Positions 1-8,715 of a stretch of 64,000 nucleotides of DNA are shown here, piece by piece. How positions within the stretch are numbered: the stretch's first letter is position 1; the number at the start of each line of letters is the position of its first letter. The stretch covers positions 3,950 to 67,949 of the forward strand of contig JAPYSW010000002.1 of assembly GCA_029936395.1 (NCBI GenBank). The letters are read 5' to 3'. Under the pieces are notes generated by a model. That model did no database searches. It saw only the letters and a program-made list of their open reading frames with translations, and was not told the origin of the DNA. The position numbers and the translations under genes are program-made. Origin of the DNA: Candidatus Poseidoniia archaeon. Its GTDB lineage: Archaea; Thermoplasmatota; Poseidoniia; MGIII; CG-Epi1.

Positions 1-282
1 AACAAGGGCATTTCTTCTCGTCAATTTTTAGAAATGACTTCTATTCTTCAGCCTTTAGCTGAGAAAGGCGATTATCCTGTATTGATTACAGCACAAGTAT
101 ACGAAAAAGATGGGGAAATTGGGCCTTATTTTGGAAAATCCCTGATGCATCTGTCTAAGACTATTATTCATTTAGAAAAAACAAAAACACCAAGTTTACG
201 CCATATTAGACTTAAGAAACATCGTTCACTTCCAGAAGAGTCCGTTGAAGACTTTGCATTAACTGGAAATGGTATAGAGTAA
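1..282 (+). CDS. C-terminal fragment of a RecA-superfamily (KaiC/RadA-like) ATPase. The ORF is open to the 5' window edge, so it is partial.
   Basis: Reading frame continues from nt 1 (NKGISSRQFLEMTSILQ...). The C-terminal sequence only weakly resembles KaiC-like ATPases. No Walker motifs fall in the visible part. Confidence 0.25.
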   Translation, partial: NKGISSRQFLEMTSILQPLAEKGDYPVLITAQVYEKDGEIGPYFGKSLMHLSKTIIHLEKTKTPSLRHIRLKKHRSLPEESVEDFALTGNGIE

Positions 283-317
283 AGTTAACTCTTTAATTCT
301 CCTACTATTGCCAGCCT

Positions 318-1811
318 ATGACAGATTATGATAATTTCATAGGCCGAGTTAAAGAATTGAGTCTAATTGGTAGCCTTTCAGGCTTAATGGGATGGGATCA
401 AGAGACAATGATGCCTCCTAAAGGTGGTAAATTACGTTCAGACATGATGGCCTTTCTTTCAAGTCAGGCCCATAAGAGAATGACAGACCCTGAAATGGGA
501 GGGTTATTAGATTCTTTAGAGTCTCAAGATTTGACAGGTGAACAAGCGGCCAATGTCAGAGAGGTTCGCCAATCTTATGATAAAGCAACTAAACTTCCAG
601 CAGAATTAGTCGAAGAGAAAGCACGTCATAAATCTAAATCATTGCAAGTATGGCAAGAAGCTCGTTCAGAAAATGATTTTGAAAAGTTTAAACCATATTT
701 AGAAAAAACAGTAGAATTAACTTGTAAAACTGCAGAATATTATGGATATGAAGATAACATTTATGATGCACTTTTAGATATTTTCGAACCAGGAATGACT
801 GTTTCTCAGTTAGATCCGTTATTTTCAGGACTTCGGGAAGCGATTGTTCCTTTAGTTCAAGCAGTCGGTGAAAGTCCAAATCAACCAGATACAAGTTTCT
901 TAGATATTGGTAAATTTTCAGAAGAAAAGCAAAGAGAGTTTTCAATGAAGGTAGCCGAAAGTATTGGCTTTGATTTTGATGCAGGACGTATGGACACCTC
1001 GACACATCCTTTCTGTTCAGGAGCTGGCCCTAATGATGTAAGATTTACGACACGGTATGATGACGAATTTCCATTTGGTTGTCTTTACGGAGTAATGCAT
1101 GAAACAGGCCATGGGACGTATGAACAAGGACTTTTGGAAGAGCACGAAGGCACTCCAATGGGCCAAGCAGTTTCGTTAGGAATACATGAATCCCAGTCAA
1201 GGATGTGGGAGAATATGGTTGGGCGTAGTAAAGAATTTTGGAGTTTTTATATTGATGAATTCAAGAATTGTTTCGATCACCTTCCTTCAGATCTTGATGT
1301 TGATACTTTGCATCGAGCCGTTAATACAGTCCAACCTTCATTAATTCGTGTAGAATCTGATGAAGCTACATACAATTTACACATAATGGTTCGTTATGAG
1401 ATTGAAAAACAATTAGTTAGCGGAAATATATCTGTAGGAGATTTACCAGACTTCTGGAATAGTAAAATGGAAGAGTATTTGGGTGTAACACCTCCTAATA
1501 ATACTAAAGGTGTTCTCCAGGATATCCATTGGTCTATGGGGGCTATTGGTTATTTCCCAACATATACACTTGGTAATCTATACGCAGCTCAATTGTATGC
1601 AGCAGCTCTAGCAGATGATCCAAACATTCCTAACAAAATTGCTAAAGGAGAGTTTACGGCTTTATTAGATTGGATGCGCAGCCATATTCATGTTCATGGA
1701 TCTAAATTACTTCCAGCTGATTTACTCCGACAAGCGACCGGTAAGGACCCAAGTAGCGACGATTTCGTTAAATATCTAAAGTCAAAGTACACAAAAATTT
1801 ACAATCTTTAG
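318..1811 (+). CDS. Carboxypeptidase Taq family (M32) zinc metallopeptidase
   Basis: HEXXH zinc site 'HETGHGTYEQG', plus 'HESQS' and 'IRVESDEATYNLH' motifs typical of M32. Length 497 aa. Confidence 0.88.
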   Translation: MTDYDNFIGRVKELSLIGSLSGLMGWDQETMMPPKGGKLRSDMMAFLSSQAHKRMTDPEMGGLLDSLESQDLTGEQAANVREVRQSYDKATKLPAELVEEKARHKSKSLQVWQEARSENDFEKFKPYLEKTVELTCKTAEYYGYEDNIYDALLDIFEPGMTVSQLDPLFSGLREAIVPLVQAVGESPNQPDTSFLDIGKFSEEKQREFSMKVAESIGFDFDAGRMDTSTHPFCSGAGPNDVRFTTRYDDEFPFGCLYGVMHETGHGTYEQGLLEEHEGTPMGQAVSLGIHESQSRMWENMVGRSKEFWSFYIDEFKNCFDHLPSDLDVDTLHRAVNTVQPSLIRVESDEATYNLHIMVRYEIEKQLVSGNISVGDLPDFWNSKMEEYLGVTPPNNTKGVLQDIHWSMGAIGYFPTYTLGNLYAAQLYAAALADDPNIPNKIAKGEFTALLDWMRSHIHVHGSKLLPADLLRQATGKDPSSDDFVKYLKSKYTKIYNL

Positions 1812-1813
1812 AG

Positions 1814-1889
1814 TGGTAGCCCCGCTCGGATTCGAACCGAGGTCTCAGGCTCCAAAGGCCTGAATGATGGACCGCTACACTACGGGGCT
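1814..1889 (-). tRNA. tRNA-Gln (anticodon UUG) with genomically encoded CCA
   Basis: Reverse complement AGCCCCG...CGGGGCUACCA gives a 7-bp acceptor stem. Anticodon stem CAGGC/GCCUG with loop CUUUGGA gives anticodon UUG. T-arm is GGUUCGAAUCC. Length 76 nt. Confidence 0.75.
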
Positions 1890-1961
1890 TCGACCGTCTA
1901 AAGCATGGTGTCTTTAGAAATATTCCTCTGTAAGCATTAATTAATAACGGTCCCTTACTGC

Positions 1962-2228
1962 ATGAAAAGTATGACTGCCGGAGATAGGTTCATGAAAAAG
2001 ATTAGTGACTTCTATGATGGTCTAGGCTATCCTGTAGTATGGCAAGGTGAAGGTTCTAAACGTAAGTTAGAAATACAGTTTAAATCTGAATCAGGGTATT
2101 TTGTAACAGCTACTCTTTCATCTCGAGGAGAGGATGTAGTGGTAAAGGACGAGTGGGGCCGTGAAAATATTTTTAAAGCTACAAAGAGTAATTTAGAACA
2201 AATTAAAGGTTGGTCCGAAGAACGTTAG
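1962..2228 (+). CDS. Small hypothetical protein (88 aa)
   Basis: Intact ORF between the tRNA and a convergent gene. No recognisable motif. Confidence 0.3.
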   Translation: MKSMTAGDRFMKKISDFYDGLGYPVVWQGEGSKRKLEIQFKSESGYFVTATLSSRGEDVVVKDEWGRENIFKATKSNLEQIKGWSEER

Positions 2229-2872
2229 TTCGGTAATCGGCTCATACTTTTGATATTAGGTCTTGCAATTATTTCAAGATTTATTAATTTTTCATCTTCA
2301 AAATCAAATACCCAAGGTTCACACCATCCAATCTCAGTTTTCAAAATTTGTTCTGGAGTATAATTCTTTAATGACATTACGATAGCTCGTATACTATTTC
2401 CATGCGCACTAACTAAAACATTTTTCCCATCAAATACATGAGGCAATATCTTTTTTTGTAAATAGGGAATTACTCTTTCTGCAGTATCTTTTAAGGATTC
2501 TCCACCAGGAGGCGGAATATTGTAGCTTCTTCTCCAAATATGAACTTGTTCAGATCCGAATTTCTCAGCAGCTTCTGTTTTATTTTGACCAATTAAATCT
2601 CCATAATCTCTTTCATTTAGAGCCATATTTTTTTCAATCGGTAAATCTAATTTCTCAATTTCTTTTAATATAATATTTAAAGTGCTTTGTGCTCTTATTA
2701 AGTTTGAAGTGAAGGCTAAATCAAAGTCAACGTTTTTGAGAATTAGGCCAGCTTGTTCAGCTTCTTCATTTCCTTGCTGATTTAGTTCTATATCTTTCCA
2801 TCCTGTAAATCTATTTTGATCATTATAGACTGAAAGACCATGCCTCACCAAAACAAGTTTTCCTTTATTCAT
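2225..2872 (-). CDS. Histidine phosphatase superfamily protein (phosphoglycerate mutase-like)
   Basis: N-terminal 'LVRHGLS...RFTGW' (RHG catalytic motif) and 'SAHGNSIRA' second-His motif. Confidence 0.8.
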   Translation of the reverse strand: MNKGKLVLVRHGLSVYNDQNRFTGWKDIELNQQGNEEAEQAGLILKNVDFDLAFTSNLIRAQSTLNIILKEIEKLDLPIEKNMALNERDYGDLIGQNKTEAAEKFGSEQVHIWRRSYNIPPPGGESLKDTAERVIPYLQKKILPHVFDGKNVLVSAHGNSIRAIVMSLKNYTPEQILKTEIGWCEPWVFDFEDEKLINLEIIARPNIKSMSRLPN

Positions 2873-2874
2873 AT

Positions 2875-3861
2875 TTAGTTAAATGTTTCTAGTGCAACTT
2901 CTCCATATTTAGGTAACGGTTGGGCGTTTATTCCAAGTTGTTTTTCTACTTCATTTGCTAATTCTTTGGTAGATCCATGCACCGTATAGACTTGTTTTGG
3001 ATTACATTCCTCAATAAATTTCATTGTTGAACTAAAATCTGCGTGATCACTTATTGGAAATCCTGCGTCAACACCTTTCAAAGCCCATTTTGCAAAGGCA
3101 CACCATCCGGAAACTCTAGCAACTTTTGCCCCTTTTTCTCTCAACTCTTTAACCACCGGATCTGGTTTTTTACCACTTACAGAGGTTGTAGATGTAACCA
3201 ATAATCCTGGATTCTTCTTTTCAGAATCATTCAATTCATTATATCTTGTATATTCTAAAGGTATCTCATATTTTTTGTAAATATCACTTACTGAAGCAAC
3301 TTCTTCAGAAACTACAGGAGTGACTCCAGCTTGATTTGCAGTTGCAATTACTTCTTGGGACTTTCCAAGTGAATAAGCTCCAATTATTGCATTACTTTTT
3401 GAAGAAATTGCACTAATCCATGCTTGTAGATCACTCAATACTTCAGTACGGTCTGGTAAGGTTTGATCGGGCTTTCCATACGTCGATTCAACAATCAAAG
3501 TATCACAATCTCTTGGTTTTGCTATGCCTGCAGTTATAGTACCATACGGGTTGTAATCTCCAGTATAGAGAACACCTTGGCATTCAATCATGGCTGAACC
3601 TACCACATGGCCTGCAGATATGAATTCAAGCTCAAAATCATTTATCTTAAATGGGTCATGAAAATCATGAACTGTTGCTTTTGTAGCTCCCGTTCTTACT
3701 TTCATTACATCTGCAGTAGGTCTAGTCATATGGGTGTTCGGCCTTAAATGATCCGAATGCGCATGTGTTACAACACCATCCGGCCTGCCTTGTGATGGGT
3801 CTAGGTAGACTGCTCTTTTATCTTCCCTTAGACAGATTCCCTTGTAGTTGAAAATATCCAA
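2875..3861 (-). CDS. Metallo-beta-lactamase fold nuclease-like protein (short beta-CASP type)
   Basis: 'THAHSDHL' HxHxDH motif and C-terminal 'DHADF...VHGS' motifs typical of beta-CASP RNases/DNases. 328 aa. Confidence 0.6.
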   Translation of the reverse strand: MDIFNYKGICLREDKRAVYLDPSQGRPDGVVTHAHSDHLRPNTHMTRPTADVMKVRTGATKATVHDFHDPFKINDFELEFISAGHVVGSAMIECQGVLYTGDYNPYGTITAGIAKPRDCDTLIVESTYGKPDQTLPDRTEVLSDLQAWISAISSKSNAIIGAYSLGKSQEVIATANQAGVTPVVSEEVASVSDIYKKYEIPLEYTRYNELNDSEKKNPGLLVTSTTSVSGKKPDPVVKELREKGAKVARVSGWCAFAKWALKGVDAGFPISDHADFSSTMKFIEECNPKQVYTVHGSTKELANEVEKQLGINAQPLPKYGEVALETFN

Positions 3862-4386
3862 TTATTTTCCACCTTTTAATTTAAATGAATATCTAGATGG
3901 TTCTCTCCATCGATGTCCTGTTAGATAGGTACATATGCCACATCGAAAACCAATTGCTACAATACCTCCGTAGAGAGTGGCATTGTGCACTTTTTTTAGT
4001 GGAGAAGTACAAACTGGACATGGTTGTCCTGGAGATGCAAATTCACCACGGTGATGATGATGTCCACTTAGGTCATCACCAGGCTTTATTCTTCTCCATC
4101 TTTTTACTACAGGGTCATATCCAAGTCCCTGTTTTTTAAAATCATTTTCATCAGCTTCCGGTGCAGCCCCCACAGATCTCGTTCTAACGGTAACTTTAAT
4201 TTTTTTAGAAAGAATTGAAATAACTCTCATTCTTTCTGCAGATAATCTATATGTTTTGTCTACTTTCTTTAATTTTTGTAAAACTTTCTTATGAAGTTTT
4301 GTCTGTGTATCAACCGAACCTCTTTCTTTAAGAACATCCGATACAACCTTAATAATTACTTTTTTCGTAGGTTTTCGGTAGTTCAT
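3862..4386 (-). CDS. Basic zinc-ribbon protein of unknown function
   Basis: Lys/Arg-rich N-terminus, 'GHHHHRGE' His run, and CPVC...CGIC Cys pairs (zinc ribbon). Abuts the MBL nuclease gene with no spacer. Confidence 0.45.
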   Translation of the reverse strand: MNYRKPTKKVIIKVVSDVLKERGSVDTQTKLHKKVLQKLKKVDKTYRLSAERMRVISILSKKIKVTVRTRSVGAAPEADENDFKKQGLGYDPVVKRWRRIKPGDDLSGHHHHRGEFASPGQPCPVCTSPLKKVHNATLYGGIVAIGFRCGICTYLTGHRWREPSRYSFKLKGGK

Positions 4387-4481
4387 AATAGCCTAATAAA
4401 CACATCAGATAAAGGTTGTTGGGACGAGATAGCAATTCTTATTATCCCATTACAACAGTAGGTATACAACCGGAGGTTGAT

Positions 4482-5153
4482 ATGCCGTTAGAAGAAATCG
4501 ATGAATTATTTTATTTGCTGGAGAATCCAACCCGACGTAGAATTTTTCAGTTATTATCTGTTGAGCGATTATATCCTCTTAAAATGCATAAGCAGTTGTC
4601 TCGCGATATAGATGTTACTCAGCAGGCTATTGTTAAACATCTTAAGATATTGGAAGATCATGGATATGTAGAATCCCAAGATGAGCCTAGTAATCGAGGC
4701 CCCAATCGTAGAGTTTATACTGTATCAAGAGAAGCGTCTTTACACATAGATATAGGGCCATCAACGTACAAACAAAAGGCTGAAACCAATTTTGATATTA
4801 ATACGATTTCCTCTCAACATCAGAGAGTTTTAGATGCAATAGAAGAATCTCGCCAAATGGATTCCAAAGTTCGAATGGATCTCCTTTCTCGAGTTTCTGA
4901 AGATTTGCGAAAGTCAGTAGATGATGTTGAAAATGAGAGAAGAAGTTTAATGGCATTAATCGGTGAATTGAATAAGGAAATTACAGTTACAGCTCATGCG
5001 GCTGAATGTAATTATCAAGAAAGACGGTTACTGCATCATATACTACACAATAAAGATTACACTATTGAAAGTGCAGCCGTATCATTAGGACTTCGTGAAG
5101 CTGAATTACGCTTAATTCTCGAAAGTTTACAAAATAGAGGATTAACTAGGTAG
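4482..5153 (+). CDS. Winged-helix (ArsR-like) HTH transcriptional regulator with a C-terminal coiled-coil region
   Basis: 'ENPTRRRIFQLLSVERLYPLKMHKQLSRDIDVTQQAIVKHLKILEDHGYV' is a typical ArsR/wHTH motif. The start was moved to the ATG preceded by a GGAGGT Shine-Dalgarno sequence (the ORF-track start at 4416 is a TTG). Confidence 0.55.
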   Translation: MPLEEIDELFYLLENPTRRRIFQLLSVERLYPLKMHKQLSRDIDVTQQAIVKHLKILEDHGYVESQDEPSNRGPNRRVYTVSREASLHIDIGPSTYKQKAETNFDINTISSQHQRVLDAIEESRQMDSKVRMDLLSRVSEDLRKSVDDVENERRSLMALIGELNKEITVTAHAAECNYQERRLLHHILHNKDYTIESAAVSLGLREAELRLILESLQNRGLTR

Positions 5154-5200
5154 TGGCACGTATTCTTAAATAGAATAACAAAATCACTTAGTAACTTCAT

Positions 5201-5728
5201 ATGTATCGAATACGAGATTACCTAATTTTGATGTTTGCCATATGTCTATTTTCACCTTTAGTTCAAGCTGAAGATAATTTATACCGAATAGACGGTATTC
5301 CGGATAATTTACATTATGATGTTGGTGAATCTTATCTGATAAATATTACAGTAAGTGATCCAGCTTCAGTTTCATATATTATTATTACAATAACCAATGG
5401 GACATTGAGTGCAACAGACGAATTCACTGAATCTAATTTAGAACTCAATTTAACAGACGGTAGTGAAGGCTGGTTTTTCAATTGGCAAGCGCCTGCTGAA
5501 TCTTTTGATTTGGGTGAAGGTAATGCTGTATTAACAATAGATTTCAAGTATCAGAATGGAACTACGTGGGCTTCATTCGATTCAATTTTGAGATCTCCTG
5601 AAGTTGTAGAAGAGAGTGGAGCTGGAGTTCCACAATGGGCGCTTTCTTTAGCTTGGACTGGAGCGAGTGTAACTGTTATTCTAACCGTTCTTGGTGCTTT
5701 AGTTCTCAGACGCGATAGATTAACGTAA
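5201..5728 (+). CDS. Secreted protein with a signal peptide and a C-terminal TM anchor. It is a paralog of the 13452-14147 protein.
   Basis: N-terminal hydrophobic signal ending ...VQAED, four N-x-S/T sequons, and a C-terminal TM followed by RRDR. Shares the motif 'NWQAPAE...G.AV.T..F...NG' with the ORF at 13452-14147. Confidence 0.5.
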   Translation: MYRIRDYLILMFAICLFSPLVQAEDNLYRIDGIPDNLHYDVGESYLINITVSDPASVSYIIITITNGTLSATDEFTESNLELNLTDGSEGWFFNWQAPAESFDLGEGNAVLTIDFKYQNGTTWASFDSILRSPEVVEESGAGVPQWALSLAWTGASVTVILTVLGALVLRRDRLT

Positions 5729-5739
5729 GGTATATATGC
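5723..5739 (+). promoter_or_regulatory. Putative BRE/TATA promoter element of the first pilin gene
   Basis: 'ACGTAAGGTATATATGC' about 45 bp upstream of the ATG. The same 17-mer recurs upstream of the paralog at 6361. Confidence 0.4.
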
Positions 5740-5781
5740 TATACCAGCCGTCTAGAGTTAGACTTAGGTCAGAGAATAAAT

Positions 5782-6288
5782 ATGAATCGCAGAATTATTA
5801 ACAATGATGAGGAAGCTGTATCTCCGGTAATTGCCGTTATTTTAATGGTCGCTATTACTGTAGTAATGGCAGCAGTGTTGTACGCATGGTTAGGCGGAAT
5901 CATTGGTGGTTCTCCCAAAAGCCCACCAACAGGTAGTATGATGGTCTCAAGTGATGGTGCCAGCGATTGGACAGTTACTATTATTAAAATGAATCCTACA
6001 GTTTCCGTTAATTCAGTACATTGGTTTTTACTAGATATGAGTGATATGACAAAAATAGATGGTATGGTTTCAGATATTTATGGTTTTAAGGGTGGCGAGG
6101 GTGAAGCTGTGATTTTCGTTGATAATGATTTTGATGCTAAAGTAAGCCCAGGTGATCACTTCCAAATTTTTGCAGGTGAAGATGGAACTTCATTGGAACA
6201 GTACCCTGATCTTTCAGAGTATTCTTTTCGTATGAAATTCGATCCAACAGGTGACACTATTGGATATGATACAGAATTTGTATCCTAG
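5782..6288 (+). CDS. Archaeal type IV pilin (DUF1628 / class III signal peptide)
   Basis: N-terminus 'MNRRIINNDEEAVSPVIAVILMVAITVVMAAVLY' is the canonical archaeal pilin N-terminal domain. Confidence 0.8.
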   Translation: MNRRIINNDEEAVSPVIAVILMVAITVVMAAVLYAWLGGIIGGSPKSPPTGSMMVSSDGASDWTVTIIKMNPTVSVNSVHWFLLDMSDMTKIDGMVSDIYGFKGGEGEAVIFVDNDFDAKVSPGDHFQIFAGEDGTSLEQYPDLSEYSFRMKFDPTGDTIGYDTEFVS

Positions 6289-6360
6289 ATTACTAAAAAG
6301 ATTTAGCGAAGTAACCGATTGTTTTAGCTTATGCTGTGTTTTTCTTTTATGCCGATTTTG

Positions 6361-6377
6361 ACGTAAGGTATATATGC
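6361..6377 (+). promoter_or_regulatory. Duplicated BRE/TATA promoter element of the second pilin gene
   Basis: Identical 17-mer 'ACGTAAGGTATATATGC', followed by a conserved 'GGTCAGAG' just upstream of the ATG. Confidence 0.4.
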
Positions 6378-6423
6378 AGTCGTAGGATTGCTATATTTCT
6401 GACTTCGGTCAGAGGACATAACA

Positions 6424-6927
6424 ATGAAACGAAGAATAGTAAACGATGAGCAGGCAGTTTCACCTGTAATTGCGGTCATTTTAATGGTAGCTATTACAGT
6501 CGTTCTGGCTGCAGTATTGTACGTTTGGGCTAGCAGTTTTCTTGGTGGTACAACCAAGAACGCACCAACCGGCAGTATGATAGCAAACGAAGATGGAAGG
6601 GGAACTTGGACAATATCTATTGTCAAGCTTAACCCACAAGTCTCCGTAAACTCTGTACACTGGTACTTACTAGATACAGAAGGAAACACAAAGACTGATG
6701 GCTTAGTCTCTGATGTATATGGTTATTACTCTGGACAGGGTAAAGCTGTAGTATTCATAGACAACGACTTCAATGGAAAGTTGAGCCCAGGTGACAAGTT
6801 CGAAGTTCACCCGGCTGAACCAGACTCGGATTTATCAGCAGTTAGTGATGTCACTGACTACTCATTCCGTATGAAGTTCGAGCCTAACGGTGATGTAATC
6901 GGTTACGATATAAGTCTAAAATCATAG
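6424..6927 (+). CDS. Archaeal type IV pilin (DUF1628), a tandem paralog of 5782-6288
   Basis: 'MKRRIVNDEQAVSPVIAVILMVAITVVLAAVLY'. Colinear similarity to the upstream paralog along the whole length. Confidence 0.8.
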   Translation: MKRRIVNDEQAVSPVIAVILMVAITVVLAAVLYVWASSFLGGTTKNAPTGSMIANEDGRGTWTISIVKLNPQVSVNSVHWYLLDTEGNTKTDGLVSDVYGYYSGQGKAVVFIDNDFNGKLSPGDKFEVHPAEPDSDLSAVSDVTDYSFRMKFEPNGDVIGYDISLKS

Positions 6928-6945
6928 ATTTAGTCACCAAACAGA

Positions 6946-6993
6946 GTGAGGATTATGTCCTCACTCGAAGGTAACTTGGGGATTTCGATCCCC
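6946..6993. terminator. Two tandem hairpins followed by a T-run, between convergent genes
   Basis: GAGTGAGGA-ttatg-TCCTCACTC (9-bp stem) and GGGGAT-TTCG-ATCCCC, followed by TTTTACCAAACTTTTTTATTTTTTT. Confidence 0.4.
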
Positions 6994-7017
6994 ATTTTAC
7001 CAAACTTTTTTATTTTT

Positions 7018-8202
7018 TTAATCTAACCAGGGAACTCGTTGTATTGGTTGAGCACCTTTAGCTAATCCTTTTTTTATTTCAGCTTTTGGTAGCAATTCTA
7101 ACACTACTTGTGAAATTGTTGCATTACGAGGGGCCTTTCCAGTTTCCAATCGATCTTCATTTAATGATGCTTCAGGATATTTTTTCAGAAAATCCATGGC
7201 GCCATCATCCCATGGTGCTGGGCCTTTATGCGGAATAATTTCAGGTAATTCAATTGATGCAGTTTCAAATATAAGATATCCTTTTTCTTCTAAATTTGCA
7301 TTCCAAGCAATAGGTTCAAAATCGGAAATAGCATTATAGATTTTACGCCCCTGTCTTTGAAGCCATGGCAACGCAGTTTCTTCATTACCTCCAGGATGAG
7401 GGAGTATTACAGTAGTAACAAATCCTTGAAATGGTCTTTTCTTATTCTTTGGGAAAAAGAAGTCTAAAGAGGGTTTAGCAAGAAATGCCTTGGATGCTAA
7501 TACTGCAGATCCGAGCCCTTTAAGTGTTACACCTGCAGCTACATTTCGATTAGAATCAACAGGATCAGCAAGCATAATTGGGGAATTTGGTGCATTAATA
7601 ATTTTGTCTATAATAAGAGGCGGCTTCCAATTAGCAATCTCGTTAACTAATTTTTCGAATCCTCCATATTTGATACATAATATTTCAACTAAATAACCTG
7701 AAAAACCACCGACTGCAGAACTAGCACCATAGGCTCCACATCCCTTCAGAAATTGCTTAGTAAGTCGAATGTCATCTTCCATCCCAGATATGTTTTTCTT
7801 TACCCATTCAGTGTGAAATGGTGTTCTATCTACAGCTGAAAGTGGTTTAGTTGAGTTCTTTATAGAATAGCAAGGAACAACATCTATTCCGATTCCCTTA
7901 ATTTCACCTCGCAGGTATGGATGCTGGGCATAGAGTTCTCTCCCATTTGGTAGAATTTTTTTTGCAATATCTAAACCTTCTTTTTTCAAATCAGCATCTG
8001 TATTAAATTTTAAAAATAGATCAATGTCTGCACCCTTAAGAAAAGTATTTTTCGCAACAGATCCGACTATTAATGAATCAAATTTTTTATCACTCAGATC
8101 ATTAGCTTTATTCATTAATTCAATTGCCAAATCTTCTATTTTCTTAGTTTCTTCTTCACTAGGTTTGATTTGGTCAATAACGGTTTTGAGTAATTGATTC
8201 AC
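7018..8202 (-). CDS. cca: CCA-adding tRNA nucleotidyltransferase (archaeal class I)
   Basis: N-terminal 'GSVAKNTFLKGADIDLFLKF' nucleotidyltransferase motif (GS...DxD). 394 aa. Confidence 0.78.
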   Translation of the reverse strand: MNQLLKTVIDQIKPSEEETKKIEDLAIELMNKANDLSDKKFDSLIVGSVAKNTFLKGADIDLFLKFNTDADLKKEGLDIAKKILPNGRELYAQHPYLRGEIKGIGIDVVPCYSIKNSTKPLSAVDRTPFHTEWVKKNISGMEDDIRLTKQFLKGCGAYGASSAVGGFSGYLVEILCIKYGGFEKLVNEIANWKPPLIIDKIINAPNSPIMLADPVDSNRNVAAGVTLKGLGSAVLASKAFLAKPSLDFFFPKNKKRPFQGFVTTVILPHPGGNEETALPWLQRQGRKIYNAISDFEPIAWNANLEEKGYLIFETASIELPEIIPHKGPAPWDDGAMDFLKKYPEASLNEDRLETGKAPRNATISQVVLELLPKAEIKKGLAKGAQPIQRVPWLD

Positions 8203-8702
8203 TCTTCTTCATTAGGGGGGCTGGATTTACCTTTACTCCAAGCTTTTATTCTTTCTTTTTTAGCTCTCTTTCTTAAGGTCGTAATATCGTCTTTGACAGG
8301 AAGTAATATAGGAATAGTAAATACAATCATTCCTAAAACAAGAGAAAAAAGACCCAATAAAATGTATTTTCTTATTATGATTGTTTCTAAAAAGAGACTG
8401 ATTGAAAGTAAAGCAAATATATTTGAAAACCATATAATTCTTCTATATGATTTTTCACTGAAAAAATATTTTCCAGCTTCATATTCTATATCTACTGAAA
8501 ATTCAGCTTCAGGTATTTCAATTTTATCTAAATTAACTTGAGGTCGTTCTCTATTTCGTTTTCTCAGATAAAGTGTTGCAAATACACCACCTGCAAGAAA
8601 TGCAGCTTGACCAAATCCAGGATCGCCAGCAGTAGTGGCAGCCCAAATAGCATACACAACTGCCAACCAAATAGCTACAAGAATTGAATAGTATAGGTTC
8701 AT
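8199..8702 (-). CDS. Integral membrane protein, about 4 TM helices
   Basis: Hydrophobic segments. Last gene of the minus-strand respiratory operon. Overlaps cca by 4 nt. Confidence 0.4.
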   Translation of the reverse strand: MNLYYSILVAIWLAVVYAIWAATTAGDPGFGQAAFLAGGVFATLYLRKRNRERPQVNLDKIEIPEAEFSVDIEYEAGKYFFSEKSYRRIIWFSNIFALLSISLFLETIIIRKYILLGLFSLVLGMIVFTIPILLPVKDDITTLRKRAKKERIKAWSKGKSSPPNEEE

Positions 8703-8715
8703 TCAATTACTAAGA

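Noticed and set aside
688-1005. 105-aa antisense ORF inside the M32 peptidase gene, and similar antisense or internal ORFs (3897-4139, 5332-5547, 6324-6689, 7490-7696, 9112-9506, 11010-11265, 13599-13841, 14545-14874, 20047-20836, 39383-40573, 41407-42050, 43283-44255, 45596-46471, 50665-51432, 51984-52705, 53042-53299, 56606-56931)
   Set aside because: They overlap well-supported genes on the opposite strand or in another frame, have low-complexity or atypical composition, and carry no motifs. They are most likely spurious.
8194-8541. Plus-strand 115-aa ORF overlapping the minus-strand membrane protein
   Set aside because: The minus-strand ORF has coherent TM helices and sits in the operon. 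The plus-strand ORF looks like a shadow ORF.
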